NCBI GenBank assembly: GCA_963741205.1
Contig: CAVUHW010000027.1
Coordinates: forward strand, 135,894-199,893
Origin: Nitrospirota bacterium
GTDB lineage: Bacteria; Nitrospirota; UBA9217
DNA length: 64,000 nucleotides
Direction: 5' to 3'
Of this stretch, positions 19,890 to 29,781 are shown piece after piece (within the stretch, counting starts at the first letter, position 1; every line of letters begins with the position of its first letter). The notes under the pieces are model-generated. The model did not search any database and was not told the DNA's origin. It saw only the letters and a list, made by a program, of their open reading frames with translations. The translations under genes and the position numbers were made by a program.

Positions 19890-21440
19890 ATGGAAGATTA
19901 CAACGAGCTGATCCAGCAGAGGTTCAAGAAGCTTGCCGAGATCAGCGCGAGCGGCGTCAAGCCGTATGCAGGAAGGTTCGATGTCACGGCATCCGCGCAG
20001 ATGCTGGCAGATACCTACGGTCAAGCGACCAAAGAAGACCTGGAGAAAGGCCGCATCGAGGTCACGGTGGCCGGCAGGATCGTCGCCATGCGAAGCTTCG
20101 GCAAGGCGTGCTTCAGCCACATCCAGGACGGCTCGGGCAGGGTCCAGCTCTATTTCCAGAAGAACACGCTCGGCGAAGACCGCTACGGCCTGTTTAAAAA
20201 GATCGATATCGGCGATTTCATCGGCGTAAAGGGATTCCTCTTCCGGACGAAGACGAACGAACTGACGGTGGAGGCTGAAGACTTTACCCTTCTGTCAAAA
20301 TCACTCCGGCCTTTGCCGGAGAAGTGGCACGGCCTCACCGACGTCGAACTCCGCTACCGCCAGCGGTACGTGGATTTGATCGTCAACCCCGAGGTCAAGA
20401 ACGTCTTTATCCTCCGCACGAAGATCGTGCAGGCTATCCGGAGCTTCCTGAACGCCCGCGGCTACCTCGAGGTGGAGACGCCCATGATGCAGACCATCCC
20501 GGGCGGGGCCACGGCCAAGCCGTTCAAGACCCATCACAACGCCCTGGACATGGACCTCTATCTCCGCATCGCGCCGGAGCTGTACTTAAAGCGGCTCCTC
20601 GTGGGCGGCTTCGAGCGGGTCTATGAGATCAACCGGAATTTCAGGAACGAGGGCATTTCCACGCGGCACAATCCCGAGTTCACGATGCTGGAGTTCTATA
20701 CCGCGTACGCCGATTACCGGGTCCTCATGGACATGACGGAAGAGATGATCAGCACGGTGGCGCGGGATGTCCTCGGCACGACTGAGCTCGAATACGAAGG
20801 CCACAAGATCAGCCTCGCGCCGCCCTGGAAGCGGATCACCTACATGGATTCCCTGCGTGAGGCAGGGGTGTCCGAAGACGTGCTCACGGACGCGGGAAAG
20901 GCCGAGGCGTACGCCCGCAGCCTGGGCGCGTCGCTCAAGGGCGGGGAACCCCTGGGCAAAGTGCTGAACGAGATCTTCGAGGCCCTCGTGGAGCCGAAAC
21001 TCATACAGCCGACCTTTGTCACGGATTACCCCACGGACATTTCGCCGCTTTCCAAGAAGTGCGACGACAACCCTGCTTTCGTTGAGCGGTTCGAGCTGTT
21101 CGTGATGGGCCGGGAGCTCGCGAACGCCTTCTCGGAGCTGAATGATCCGATCGACCAGAAGGAGCGTTTCCTGAAACAGGTCACGGAACGCGAGGCCGGG
21201 GACGAGGAAGCGCACCAGATGGACGAGGACTTTATCCGCGCCCTCGAGTACGGCATGCCTCCGGCGGCGGGAGAAGGCATCGGCATCGACCGCCTCGTGA
21301 TGCTTTTGACCGGCTCCAGCTCCATCCGGGACGTGATCCTCTTCCCGCAGATGAAGAAGGAAAAAACAGTGAATACATGTTTTTGCCACAGAGCACACGG
21401 AGATCACGGAGGGAAGAAAAGCCAGAGTGTTTGCCTGTAA
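19890..21440 (+). CDS. lysS: Lysine--tRNA ligase (class II); true stop may be the TGA at ~21372 if the A-run has one extra base
   Basis: LPEKWHGL, RYRQRY, EVETPMM, LRIAPELYLK, FRNEG..HNPEF, YGMPP..GIGIDRL. Confidence 0.98.
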   Translation: MEDYNELIQQRFKKLAEISASGVKPYAGRFDVTASAQMLADTYGQATKEDLEKGRIEVTVAGRIVAMRSFGKACFSHIQDGSGRVQLYFQKNTLGEDRYGLFKKIDIGDFIGVKGFLFRTKTNELTVEAEDFTLLSKSLRPLPEKWHGLTDVELRYRQRYVDLIVNPEVKNVFILRTKIVQAIRSFLNARGYLEVETPMMQTIPGGATAKPFKTHHNALDMDLYLRIAPELYLKRLLVGGFERVYEINRNFRNEGISTRHNPEFTMLEFYTAYADYRVLMDMTEEMISTVARDVLGTTELEYEGHKISLAPPWKRITYMDSLREAGVSEDVLTDAGKAEAYARSLGASLKGGEPLGKVLNEIFEALVEPKLIQPTFVTDYPTDISPLSKKCDDNPAFVERFELFVMGRELANAFSELNDPIDQKERFLKQVTEREAGDEEAHQMDEDFIRALEYGMPPAAGEGIGIDRLVMLLTGSSSIRDVILFPQMKKEKTVNTCFCHRAHGDHGGKKSQSVCL

Positions 21441-21477
21441 TTTATGCTACTTCTCGTGTCTCTGTGACCTCTGTGGC
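21385..21477. repeat. CCACAGAG/CACGGAG 9-mer-type inverted repeat doublet
   Basis: GCCACAGAGCACACGGAGATCACGGAG ... GTGTCTCTGTGACCTCTGTGGC. Confidence 0.75.
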
Positions 21478-21489
21478 TAACGATCTTTC

Positions 21490-22725
21490 ATGAAAATTCC
21501 CTACGAAATATTCATCAGCCTTCGCTATCTGAAGACAAAAAAGCGTTACGGCACCGTTTCCCTTAATACGTTCATCTCCATAGCCGGGGTCGTCATCGGC
21601 GTCGCCACGTCCATCATCACGCTTGCGGTCATGAGCGGCTTCCAGGGCTATTTTCGCGACAAGATCCTCTCCGCCATGCCGCATATCGTCGTCATGGAAT
21701 TTTCCGGCTCCGGGGTGAAGGACGAGAAGGCCCTCCAGGAAAAGGTCGAGAAGGTCCCCCATGTCCTGGCAACGACCCCGTTCGTCTACGGCCAGTCGAT
21801 GGTCACGACGAAGGAGCGCATGCAGGGCGTCGTCGTCCGGGGCATCGACCCCGCCACGGAAGCGAAGGTCACGGACCTCGCGAAGAACATGACCGCGGGA
21901 ACGCTCAAGGACCTTGAGCGCCCCGAGGGGAAGCTGCCCGGCATCATCATCGGCGAAGACCTTGCCCGCAAGTTGGGCGCGTCGGTGGGAGACCCCGTCA
22001 CCATGGTCAACCCCCTCGGCGAAGAGACCGCGATGGGCATTGTCCCCAGGATGAAAAAATTCGAGGTGGCCGGGCTTTTTGACGCGGGCATGTACGATTA
22101 CAACACGGGGTTCGTGTATATCTCTCTGCCGGCGGCGCAAAAATTCTTCGACATGCCGGGCAAGGTGAGCGGCGTCCAGGTCAAGGTTGATGAGATCTAT
22201 CAGGCCGACAAGATTTCCTCGCTCATTCAGACGGCGGTAGGCTATCCGTTCTATACGCGGAACTGGATGGAGATGAACAAAAACTTTTTTTCGGCGCTCC
22301 TGCTCGAGAAAATCGGCATGTCGCTGATTCTCGTCGTCATCATCATCGTGGCGTCCTTCAACATCGTCGGGACCCTGACCATGATCGTCATGGAAAAGAA
22401 CCGCGAGATCGCCATCCTCAAATCCATGGGCTCTCCGTCGCCGAGCATCGTGAAGATCTTCATGTTCGCCGGGCTGGTGATCGGCTTTGTGGGAACGGCG
22501 CTCGGCGTCGTTATCGGTTACGGCGCGGTAGCGGTCCTGACGAAAACGGACATCGTGTCACTCCCGAAGGACGTTTACCAGGTGAGCCACTTGCCGCTTG
22601 CGACCTCCGGCCTCGATGTCCTGTTCGTTTCTCTGACCGCGCTGGGAATCAGCTTTCTCGCCACGCTTTATCCGTCCTGGCAGGCGGCAAGGCAGGACCC
22701 TGTGGAAGTGCTGAGGTATGAGTAG
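21490..22725 (+). CDS. lolE: Lipoprotein-releasing ABC permease LolC/E
   Basis: LRYL, AVMSGF, VASFNIV..EKNREIAILKSMG, LATLYPSWQAA..DPVEVLRYE. Confidence 0.93.
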   Translation: MKIPYEIFISLRYLKTKKRYGTVSLNTFISIAGVVIGVATSIITLAVMSGFQGYFRDKILSAMPHIVVMEFSGSGVKDEKALQEKVEKVPHVLATTPFVYGQSMVTTKERMQGVVVRGIDPATEAKVTDLAKNMTAGTLKDLERPEGKLPGIIIGEDLARKLGASVGDPVTMVNPLGEETAMGIVPRMKKFEVAGLFDAGMYDYNTGFVYISLPAAQKFFDMPGKVSGVQVKVDEIYQADKISSLIQTAVGYPFYTRNWMEMNKNFFSALLLEKIGMSLILVVIIIVASFNIVGTLTMIVMEKNREIAILKSMGSPSPSIVKIFMFAGLVIGFVGTALGVVIGYGAVAVLTKTDIVSLPKDVYQVSHLPLATSGLDVLFVSLTALGISFLATLYPSWQAARQDPVEVLRYE

Positions 22726-22729
22726 GGGC

Positions 22730-22817
22730 ACGAGGGACGAGAGACGAAGGAGGAGGGACGATAAGCACTTTCGTCCATCGTCCTAGTGAGCGAAGCGAAC
22801 AGTCGTCTATCGTCCGT
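22730..22817. repeat. ACGANNG heptamer tandem array with inverted partner
   Basis: ACGAGGG ACGAGAG ACGAAGG AGGAGGG ACGATAA / TCGTCCA TCGTCCT..TCGTCTA TCGTCCG. Confidence 0.75.
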
Positions 22818-22861
22818 CATTAACTTAAAGGGAGGCCCTCATGGCCGGAAAAGGCGGAAAA

Positions 22862-23080
22862 ATGAAACGAATTTTATTGACACTGATATTGCTTGCTCTT
22901 GTTGTCGTCGTTTTTGTTCTCTTCGGCGGCGGGACCTGGCTCAGGTCCGCCGGGAAATGGCTCGGCGGCATGGGGACGAAGGCGGATGACGTAAAACAAA
23001 CGATTGAGAAGAAGGCCGCGACCATCGAGAAGACCGTGGAAAAGGGCATCGATGCCGTGAAGCCGGGAGATAAGAAATAA
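22862..23080 (+). CDS. Small membrane-anchored hypothetical protein
   Basis: N-terminal TM/signal followed by a Lys-rich amphipathic helix; lies between lolE and lolD; alternative start at 22841. Confidence 0.7.
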   Translation: MKRILLTLILLALVVVVFVLFGGGTWLRSAGKWLGGMGTKADDVKQTIEKKAATIEKTVEKGIDAVKPGDKK

Positions 23081-23122
23081 CTCAGGCACCTTATACATAT
23101 TCAACAACTCCGAAAGACGTTC

Positions 23123-23760
23123 ATGAGCGGACCGGAAGCGCTTCACGTGCTTGACGGCATCGACCTCGATATCGGGAAAGGGGAGATGCTTGCCATCGTG
23201 GGCGCATCGGGAGTTGGCAAGAGCACGTTTCTCCATATCCTCGGGGGGCTGGACCGTCCCACGTCCGGCAGCGTCGTGTTCGGGGACGTGGATGTCTTTG
23301 CGCTCGATCCCAACCGGCTTGCCCGGTTCCGCAACGAGCGCGTAGGGTTCGTGTTCCAGTTCCATCATCTGCTCCCCGAGTTTTCAGCACTTGAAAACGT
23401 CATGATGCCGGCGCTCATTCGCAGAACCGGGCGGGACGAGGCGGCCGAGACGGCCTCGGGCATCCTTGCCGAGGTGGGACTCGGCGGAAGGCTTCATCAC
23501 CGGCCCGGCGAACTCTCGGGAGGGGAACAGCAGCGAGTGGCAGTGGCCCGGGCGCTTATCTGAGGCCTGACGTCGTGCTGGCAGACGAACCGACGGGGAA
23601 CCTTGATACGCATACCGGGGAGGCGGTTCACGACCTCCTTCTTTCCATCAACAAGCAGAAGGGGACGACCTTCGTGATCGTGACCCATAACGATAAACTT
23701 GCCCTCCGGGCTGACCGCGTGCTCCGGATGACCGAGGGCAGACTGATGCCAGAAAAATGA
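23123..23760 (+). CDS. lolD: Lipoprotein-releasing ABC ATPase LolD (frameshift near 23560; start uncertain)
   Basis: GASGVGKST, GFVFQFHHLLPEF, LSGGEQQRVAVARAL, ADEPTGNLD, VTHN. Confidence 0.92.
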
Positions 23761-23893
23761 TGCAGCTTTTTTGGGTCCGGCATCTCTTGCCTTGTCAGGC
23801 CGTAGGCCAATGACCACTGTCCGATCAAACCGGTTTCTGGCAAGGACATTCGGGAATGACAACTGTTTGCCATGTCATATCGACCTTTTTCCC

Positions 23894-23923
23894 TTGACTT
23901 TATCGGGGGTTAAAAAGTATTAT
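23894..23923 (+). promoter_or_regulatory. Putative sigma70 promoter of the ccsA-hem cluster
   Basis: TTGACT-N18-TATTAT. Confidence 0.45.
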
Positions 23924-23965
23924 TCAAAAATGTCAACGAGCGCATCATTCACGGGGAACGACCGC

Positions 23966-24778
23966 ATGAATCTTATTTTTTTTCAGGCAGCAACGGGCGC
24001 CTATATTCTGGCGGCGGCGGGCTATATCACCTATATCTTTAAACCGGAGCAGAAATGGTCGGCCGGTGCGTCGCTTTGGGCGCCGCTCGCGGGGTTTCTC
24101 TGCCATATCGCCTACTTTGCATTTCGCTGGTCGGAGTCCGGCCGCATTCCCATAACCAGTTTTTTTGAAGCGGCCAACTTCCTGGGCATGGGCATCATCC
24201 TCGTGTTCCTTATCATGGAAGTGCGCTTCAAGATTGCCGCCCTGGGCTCCTTCATGCTCCCCCTTGTCGTCATCCTCATGATCCCCGTATTGATCCTGTC
24301 GGGTGACATCAAGACGCTCAACCCCGTTCTCAAGAGCGGCTGGCTGGGAGTGCACACGAGCCTTGCCGTACTCGGCGACGCGGCCTTTGCGTTTGCCTGT
24401 ATCGTCTCGGTCATGTACCTGATCCAGGAACGCCAATTGAAGTCAAAACACCTCGGCGCGATCTTTCATCGCCTCCCTTCGCTCGATATCATGGACACGC
24501 TCTCCTACAAGGCGTTGACCATCGGCTGGCCCCTGTTCACCCTCGGAATGATTACCGGCTCCATATGGGCGAACAGCGCCTGGGGCACCTACTGGAGCTG
24601 GGACCCGAAGGAGACATGGTCTCTTATTACCTGGGTCATCTATCTCGTTCTTCTGCACCTTCGCACCATCGGCTGGCGGGGACGAAAAATGGCCTACCTT
24701 TCGATTCTCGGGTTTATCTTCGTCCTGGTCAGTTTCTTCGTGGTCAGCCGGGTGAACATCGGAAAGCATACGTTTTAA
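23966..24778 (+). CDS. ccsA: Cytochrome c biogenesis protein CcsA/ResC family
   Basis: WWD motif GSIWANSAWGTYWSWDPKETWS; conserved His in WLGVHT and C-terminal GKHTF. Confidence 0.92.
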   Translation: MNLIFFQAATGAYILAAAGYITYIFKPEQKWSAGASLWAPLAGFLCHIAYFAFRWSESGRIPITSFFEAANFLGMGIILVFLIMEVRFKIAALGSFMLPLVVILMIPVLILSGDIKTLNPVLKSGWLGVHTSLAVLGDAAFAFACIVSVMYLIQERQLKSKHLGAIFHRLPSLDIMDTLSYKALTIGWPLFTLGMITGSIWANSAWGTYWSWDPKETWSLITWVIYLVLLHLRTIGWRGRKMAYLSILGFIFVLVSFFVVSRVNIGKHTF

Positions 24779-24822
24779 AGATGGACTCTGGTTATTGAAT
24801 TGAACCAAAACCAATGAAATTT

Positions 24823-24925
24823 TCTCGCAAAGGCGCAAAGTTCGCAAAGAAAGGCAATAGATTTTTTTGGATTTAATACTTGCAGTAAAGTATTTTCTTG
24901 GCGTGCTTTGCGAGCTTTGCGTGAG
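24823..24925. repeat. CGCAAAG 9-mer-type inverted repeat doublet
   Basis: CTCGCAAAGGCGCAAAGTTCGCAAAGA ... TCTTGGCGTGCTTTGCGAGCTTTGCGTGAG. Confidence 0.8.
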
Positions 24926-24962
24926 GTAGCTTTTCCGGTTATCAGCGTTAAGGTGATGCATA

Positions 24963-26351
24963 ATGGGTATTGTCGTAGTCGGTCTCAGTCATAAAACAGC
25001 CCCTATCGAGGTGCGCGAGAAGCTCAATTTTCCGGAGGATACGCTTCCGGACGCTCTCCGGAAACTCATGACTTACGAGGGGATCAGGGAGAGCCTTATC
25101 GTTTCCACCTGCAACCGGGTGGAGATCTACGCTTCCGTGCAGGACAGCGCCAAAGGCATCGACCGGATCAAGCAGTTCATCACCGATTACCACGGCCTCT
25201 CCCGGGAAGCCTTGGAACAGTCGCTCTATGTCTACCCCGAGGCCCAGGGCGTTCGTCACACCTTCCGGGTGGCCTCGAGCCTCGACTCCCTGGTCCTTGG
25301 AGAGGCGCAGATTTTGGGCCAGCTCAAGGAAGCCTTCGACATCGCCTTAAAGACCAAGACCACGAGCACGATCCTGAATAAACTGATCAAGAAGGCCATT
25401 TCCGTCGCGAAGCGGGTCCGCACCGAGACCAGGCTCGCCGAGGGCGCGGTTTCCATCAGTTCCGCTGCAGTGGAGCTTGCAAAAAAGATATTCGGAGAAC
25501 TCGAAGGAAAGAACGTCATGCTCCTCGGTGCGGGCGAGATGGCGGAACTGGCGGCGCAGCACCTTCTGGGAAACGGCGTTAAGAACATCATGGTCGCGAA
25601 CCGCACCTTCGAGCGCGCCGAAGAGCTCGCCAAGGAGTTCAAAGGCGACGCCATCCGGTTCGAGCATTTTCCGGGCGCTCTTTTGATGGTGGATATCCTC
25701 ATCTGCGCGACCGGCGCGCCCCACTATGTCGTCAATAGGGACATGGTCGGCCGGGCGCTCAAAGAACGGCGCAACAAGCCCATCTTCATGATCGACATCT
25801 CGAACCCGAGAAACATCGACCCCGAGGTCGACAAGGTGGACAACGTGTATCTTTATGACATCGACGATCTTCAGAGCAAGGTCGATGTCAACACCGAAGG
25901 CAGGGCAAAAGAGGCGGGCAAGGCGGAAGAGCTCGTGACCCTGGAAGTGGAAACCTACCTCCAGTGGGAACGGGCCCTTGACGCCGTCCCTACCATCGTG
26001 GACCTCCGCGAAAAGGTGGAGGACATGCGGAAACGCGAATTGGACAAGACCCTCGGTTCGCTGGACGGGATCACCGAAGACCAGAAAAGGGCCGTGGAAG
26101 CCATGTCTCAGGCCATCGTGAACAAGATGCTCCATGCCCCGCTCGTTGTCCTGAAGCAGGCAGCAGCGGCAACGGGCGCCGGCGATAATACGATCGCTAT
26201 CGCGCGAAGACTGTTCAACCTGGACCAGGAGTTGAAACGGCCGGGACACGAAAGGATTGCCGAAGCGCCTGACCAGGAAGACAACCGGCGCGATCAGGGG
26301 AAAGAAGAGTTCCTGCCGCTGACGGAACAAGGTGCGGAAAGGAACGAATAA
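24963..26351 (+). CDS. hemA: Glutamyl-tRNA reductase
   Basis: GLSHKTAP, STCNRVE, LDSLVLGEAQILGQ, GAGEM, ANRT. Confidence 0.97.
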   Translation: MGIVVVGLSHKTAPIEVREKLNFPEDTLPDALRKLMTYEGIRESLIVSTCNRVEIYASVQDSAKGIDRIKQFITDYHGLSREALEQSLYVYPEAQGVRHTFRVASSLDSLVLGEAQILGQLKEAFDIALKTKTTSTILNKLIKKAISVAKRVRTETRLAEGAVSISSAAVELAKKIFGELEGKNVMLLGAGEMAELAAQHLLGNGVKNIMVANRTFERAEELAKEFKGDAIRFEHFPGALLMVDILICATGAPHYVVNRDMVGRALKERRNKPIFMIDISNPRNIDPEVDKVDNVYLYDIDDLQSKVDVNTEGRAKEAGKAEELVTLEVETYLQWERALDAVPTIVDLREKVEDMRKRELDKTLGSLDGITEDQKRAVEAMSQAIVNKMLHAPLVVLKQAAAATGAGDNTIAIARRLFNLDQELKRPGHERIAEAPDQEDNRRDQGKEEFLPLTEQGAERNE

Positions 26352-26359
26352 ATAGTCAG

Positions 26360-26471
26360 TAACCACGGAGCTTTGCACACGGGGCTGCGCCGTCGCGGAT
26401 AATAACGCACAAGGCTTTGGATTTCGCAAACCGTCCGGAATGATTGCTAACTGTGTATCAATCCGTGGTTA
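26360..26471. repeat. TAACCACGGA-type inverted repeat element
   Basis: TAACCACGGA ... TCCGTGGTTA, perfect 10-bp ends. Confidence 0.65.
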
Positions 26472-26495
26472 AATAGTCCTATAAAGGAGCCATCA

Positions 26496-27458
26496 TTGCG
26501 AAAAGAGATAAGGGTCGGCACACGCGGCAGCGCGCTCGCGCTGTGGCAGGCTGAATGGGTGAAGGCGGAACTTGAGAAAAAGTATCCCGGAATGACCGTT
26601 TCGCTCACGAAGATCAAAACGACGGGAGACAAGATCCTCGACGTCCCGCTGGCCCAGGTCGGCGGCAAGGGACTGTTCGTGAAGGAGATAGAAGAGGCCA
26701 TGCTGGCGCAGGAGATCGACATCGCGGTGCACAGCATGAAGGACGTACCGACCATGTTTCCCGACGGGCTCCACCTGGCATGCATCACAAAGCGCGAGGA
26801 CGCGCGCGACGCCCTCCTGTCGCGCAACCACGTCAAGTTCAAGGACCTGCCGAAAGGCGCGAACGTGGGCACCAGCAGCCTCCGTCGCCAGGCCCAGCTC
26901 ATGAATGTGAGGCCGGACTTCAAGATCCAGCAGCTCCGCGGGAATGTCGATACGCGGCTCAGAAAGCTGAAGGAAGGCCAGTTCGACGCCATCATCCTCG
27001 CCGCGGCCGGCGTGAAGCGGCTCGGTCTTGACGGGAACGTCACGGAATATATCGACGCGGAGATCAGTCTGCCCGCCATCGGCCAGGGCGCTCTCGGCAT
27101 CGAGTGCCGGGTGGACGACCGGGAACTGAACGATATGATCGCGTTCTTCAACCACACCGATACCAGGACCTGCGTAACCGGAGAACGGGCGCTTCTCCGG
27201 AGGCTCGAGGGCGGGTGCCAGGTGCCGATCGCCTGCTACGGCCGGATTGAGGGCGGAAAGCTTCACCTTACCGGGTTGGTGGGCAGCGTGGACGGGAAGC
27301 GGATCATCAAGGACACGATCGAAGGCGAACCCGAAAAAGCAGAGAAACTCGGCGTGACCCTTGCGGAAAAGCTCCTGTCGCAGGGCGCGGACGTGATCCT
27401 TCGTGAAGTCTACGGGCACAACACCGACTTCAGCGGGAACAACCTGTTGGAGAATTGA
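26496..27458 (+). CDS. hemC: Hydroxymethylbilane synthase
   Basis: GTRGSALALWQ, GGKGLFVKE, AVHSMKD, GTSSLRR, LEGGCQVP. Confidence 0.97.
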   Translation: MRKEIRVGTRGSALALWQAEWVKAELEKKYPGMTVSLTKIKTTGDKILDVPLAQVGGKGLFVKEIEEAMLAQEIDIAVHSMKDVPTMFPDGLHLACITKREDARDALLSRNHVKFKDLPKGANVGTSSLRRQAQLMNVRPDFKIQQLRGNVDTRLRKLKEGQFDAIILAAAGVKRLGLDGNVTEYIDAEISLPAIGQGALGIECRVDDRELNDMIAFFNHTDTRTCVTGERALLRRLEGGCQVPIACYGRIEGGKLHLTGLVGSVDGKRIIKDTIEGEPEKAEKLGVTLAEKLLSQGADVILREVYGHNTDFSGNNLLEN

Positions 27459-27464
27459 ACTTTC

Positions 27465-27629
27465 ACCACGAAGGACGAGGGACGATAGACGAAGGACGAG
27501 GGACGAAAAGGCAATGAAAACCTTCGTCCGTCGTCCTGGCAAACGAAGTGAGCGGTCGTCCATCGTCCATCGTCTATCGGTTTTTTCAAAAAAGGACATA
27601 CTTCGGATTTCAAACCGTGTCTCCGTGGT
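27465..27629. repeat. ACGANNG heptamer doublet nested in an ACCACG-type element
   Basis: Six ACGANNN units (27468..27509), inverted TCGTCCN units (27524..27579), outer ACCACG / CCGTGTCTCCGTGGT. Confidence 0.75.
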
Positions 27630-27646
27630 AAATTCCCTATAATTTT

Positions 27647-29176
27647 ATGACTTCCTCAATCGGAAAAGTATATTTAATCGGCGCGGGACCGGGCGACCCG
27701 GGCCTGATCACGGTCAAGGGCCTTGAATGCGTCAAGAAGGCCGACGTGATCATCTACGACTATCTCGCCAATGAGCGTCTGCTTGATCACCGGCGTCCCG
27801 ATGCCGAACTGATCTATGTCGGCAAGCAGGGGGGCAGGCACACGCTGCCGCAGGACGAGATCAATGTTTTGATCGTAAGAAAAGCGAAAGAAGGAAAGAT
27901 TGTCGCCCGCTTGAAGGGCGGAGATCCCTTTATCTTCGGCAGGGGAGGGGAAGAGGCCGAGGACCTCGTGGACAGCGGCGTCCCGTTCGAGGTCGTACCC
28001 GGGGTAACCGCGGCCACGGCGGTCCCGACATATGCCGGCATCCCGCTCACCCATCGCGAGCACACCGCAAGCGTCGCTTTCGTCACCGGCCATGAAGACC
28101 CTACAAAACCCGAATCAAAAGTACACTGGGACAAGATCGCGACCGGCATCGGCACGCTCGTCTTTTTCATGGGCATGAAGAACCTGCGGAGCATTGTCCA
28201 TAATCTCGTGTCGAACGGCAGAAGCTCCGACACTCCGGTTGCGCTTATCCAGTGGGGCACGCGCACGGACCAGCGCGTCGTGACCGGAACGTTAAAGGAC
28301 ATCGTAGTGAAAGTCAATGAAGCAAAACTCGGACCGCCGGCCATTATCGTGGTCGGCGAAGTCGTCCGGCTCAGGGAAAAGCTGAACTGGTACGAATCGA
28401 AGCCGCTCTTCGGCAAGCGGGTGGTCGTGACCCGCTCACGCGACCAGGCAAGCTCATTCGCAGAGATGCTGATCGACCGGGGCGCGACGACGATCGAATT
28501 TCCTACCATCGACGTGGTGCCGCCAGAAAGCTGGGAGGAACTCGACCGGGCCATTCGGTCGGTCGAAACATACCACTGGATCATCTTTACGAGCGCGAAT
28601 GCAGTCAGATTTTTCATGGATCGGCTTCGGGGTCTCGGCAAGGACCTCCGCATTCTCAAGGGCGTCAATATCTGCACCGTGGGTCCGAAAACCGCGGAAT
28701 CGCTCGAAACGTACGGCCTCAGGGCGGACCTGATTCCGGCTGAATTCAAGGCGGAGGGAGTTCTGGCGGCTCTGGGCGGAGTTGAGGTGAAGGGCCGGAA
28801 GTTCCTGATTCCCCGCGCAAAAGTCGCGCGGGAGGTCATCCCAGGCAAGCTCAGGGAACTCGGGGCGGACGTTACGGTCGCTACAGCCTATGAAAACGTG
28901 CGTCCTTCGGCGGATAGGGACCGGATTAAAAAGCTGTTCGAGGAGAAAAAAATCTCCGTTGTCACCTTCACCAGCTCTTCCACGGTTCATAATTTTATTG
29001 AAATACTCGGCCAAAAAGAGTATAAAATTTTAATAGATGGGGTCTTGGTCGCCTGCATCGGTCCGGTGACGGCGAAGACCGCGGAAGAGTACGGCATGAA
29101 GATCGATATCATGCCGAAGGAGTACACCATCCCTGCATTCGTAGACGCGATGGTGGGGTATTTTCACAAAAAGTGA
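27647..29176 (+). CDS. cobA: Uroporphyrinogen-III C-methyltransferase / synthase fusion (CobA-HemD)
   Basis: GAGPGDPGLIT, RLKGGDPFIFGRGGEE; HemD part PLFGKRVVVTR, FTSANAV, FTSSSTV, IGPVTA. Confidence 0.96.
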   Translation: MTSSIGKVYLIGAGPGDPGLITVKGLECVKKADVIIYDYLANERLLDHRRPDAELIYVGKQGGRHTLPQDEINVLIVRKAKEGKIVARLKGGDPFIFGRGGEEAEDLVDSGVPFEVVPGVTAATAVPTYAGIPLTHREHTASVAFVTGHEDPTKPESKVHWDKIATGIGTLVFFMGMKNLRSIVHNLVSNGRSSDTPVALIQWGTRTDQRVVTGTLKDIVVKVNEAKLGPPAIIVVGEVVRLREKLNWYESKPLFGKRVVVTRSRDQASSFAEMLIDRGATTIEFPTIDVVPPESWEELDRAIRSVETYHWIIFTSANAVRFFMDRLRGLGKDLRILKGVNICTVGPKTAESLETYGLRADLIPAEFKAEGVLAALGGVEVKGRKFLIPRAKVAREVIPGKLRELGADVTVATAYENVRPSADRDRIKKLFEEKKISVVTFTSSSTVHNFIEILGQKEYKILIDGVLVACIGPVTAKTAEEYGMKIDIMPKEYTIPAFVDAMVGYFHKK

Positions 29177-29185
29177 ATTTATTTT

Positions 29186-29276
29186 GTCATTCCCGCCCCT
29201 GCTTCAATCGTGCTGGGCACGCCCCAGCGGGAATCCAGGTTTAATAAAATGGATTCCGGGTTAATCCCGGAATGAC
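29186..29276. repeat. GTCATTCC(C)G...GGAATCCA-type doublet, copy 2, with an expanded left loop
   Basis: GTCATTCCCGC [insert] GCGGGAATCCA ... TGGATTCCGGGTTAATCCCGGAATGAC. Confidence 0.85.
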
Positions 29277-29297
29277 AAACAGAAAAAAAGGAGATCT

Positions 29298-29675
29298 ATG
29301 ATTACCATTTCTGAAGTAGCGGCGGACAAGATCAAGGAAATACTCAACGCGGAAGGCGTGCCGAACCACGGCCTGCGTGTCTCGGCGTCTGAAGGCGGGT
29401 GCTGCGGCCCTTCCTACGAGATCATGATCGACGACAAGGCAGGAGACGGCGACTCCGTCATCGAAAAGAACGGCGCAAAACTGTATCTCGATGAATCGAC
29501 CGCCAAGACGCTCGACGGTGCGGAACTCGGGTTCGTCAGCGACGAGCGCGGCGAGGGCTTCATCATCGGTTTCCCGAACGGCGCTCCCGCGGGCGGAAGC
29601 TGCGGATGCGGCAGCGCAGAAGAATCAAGATCGAAAAGCGGCGGATGCGGCAGCGGCGGATGCGGGTGCAGCTAG
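29298..29675 (+). CDS. HesB/IscA-family Fe-S carrier with Cys/Gly-rich tail
   Basis: ITISE.A, LRV..GGCCG, LYLD..LDG, GF...PN, SCGCGS. Confidence 0.88.
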   Translation: MITISEVAADKIKEILNAEGVPNHGLRVSASEGGCCGPSYEIMIDDKAGDGDSVIEKNGAKLYLDESTAKTLDGAELGFVSDERGEGFIIGFPNGAPAGGSCGCGSAEESRSKSGGCGSGGCGCS

Positions 29676-29781
29676 GATAGAAATATGATTGTGATAGTTT
29701 CGGGGTGAGCGTAGCGGGTTAAATCCCATACTCGTAACACCAACGCTCAACCCTAAACTTTATTTTCAACGAGGAGATTCC

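Noticed and set aside
21372-21440. C-terminal extension of LysS (TVNTCFCHRAHGDH...)
   Set aside because: It reads through a palindromic repeat; one base fewer in the A-run gives a normal stop at ~21372
22730-27629. Short tandem repeats as a CRISPR array
   Set aside because: Units are 7-9 bp, in inverted doublets, with no unique spacers and no cas genes
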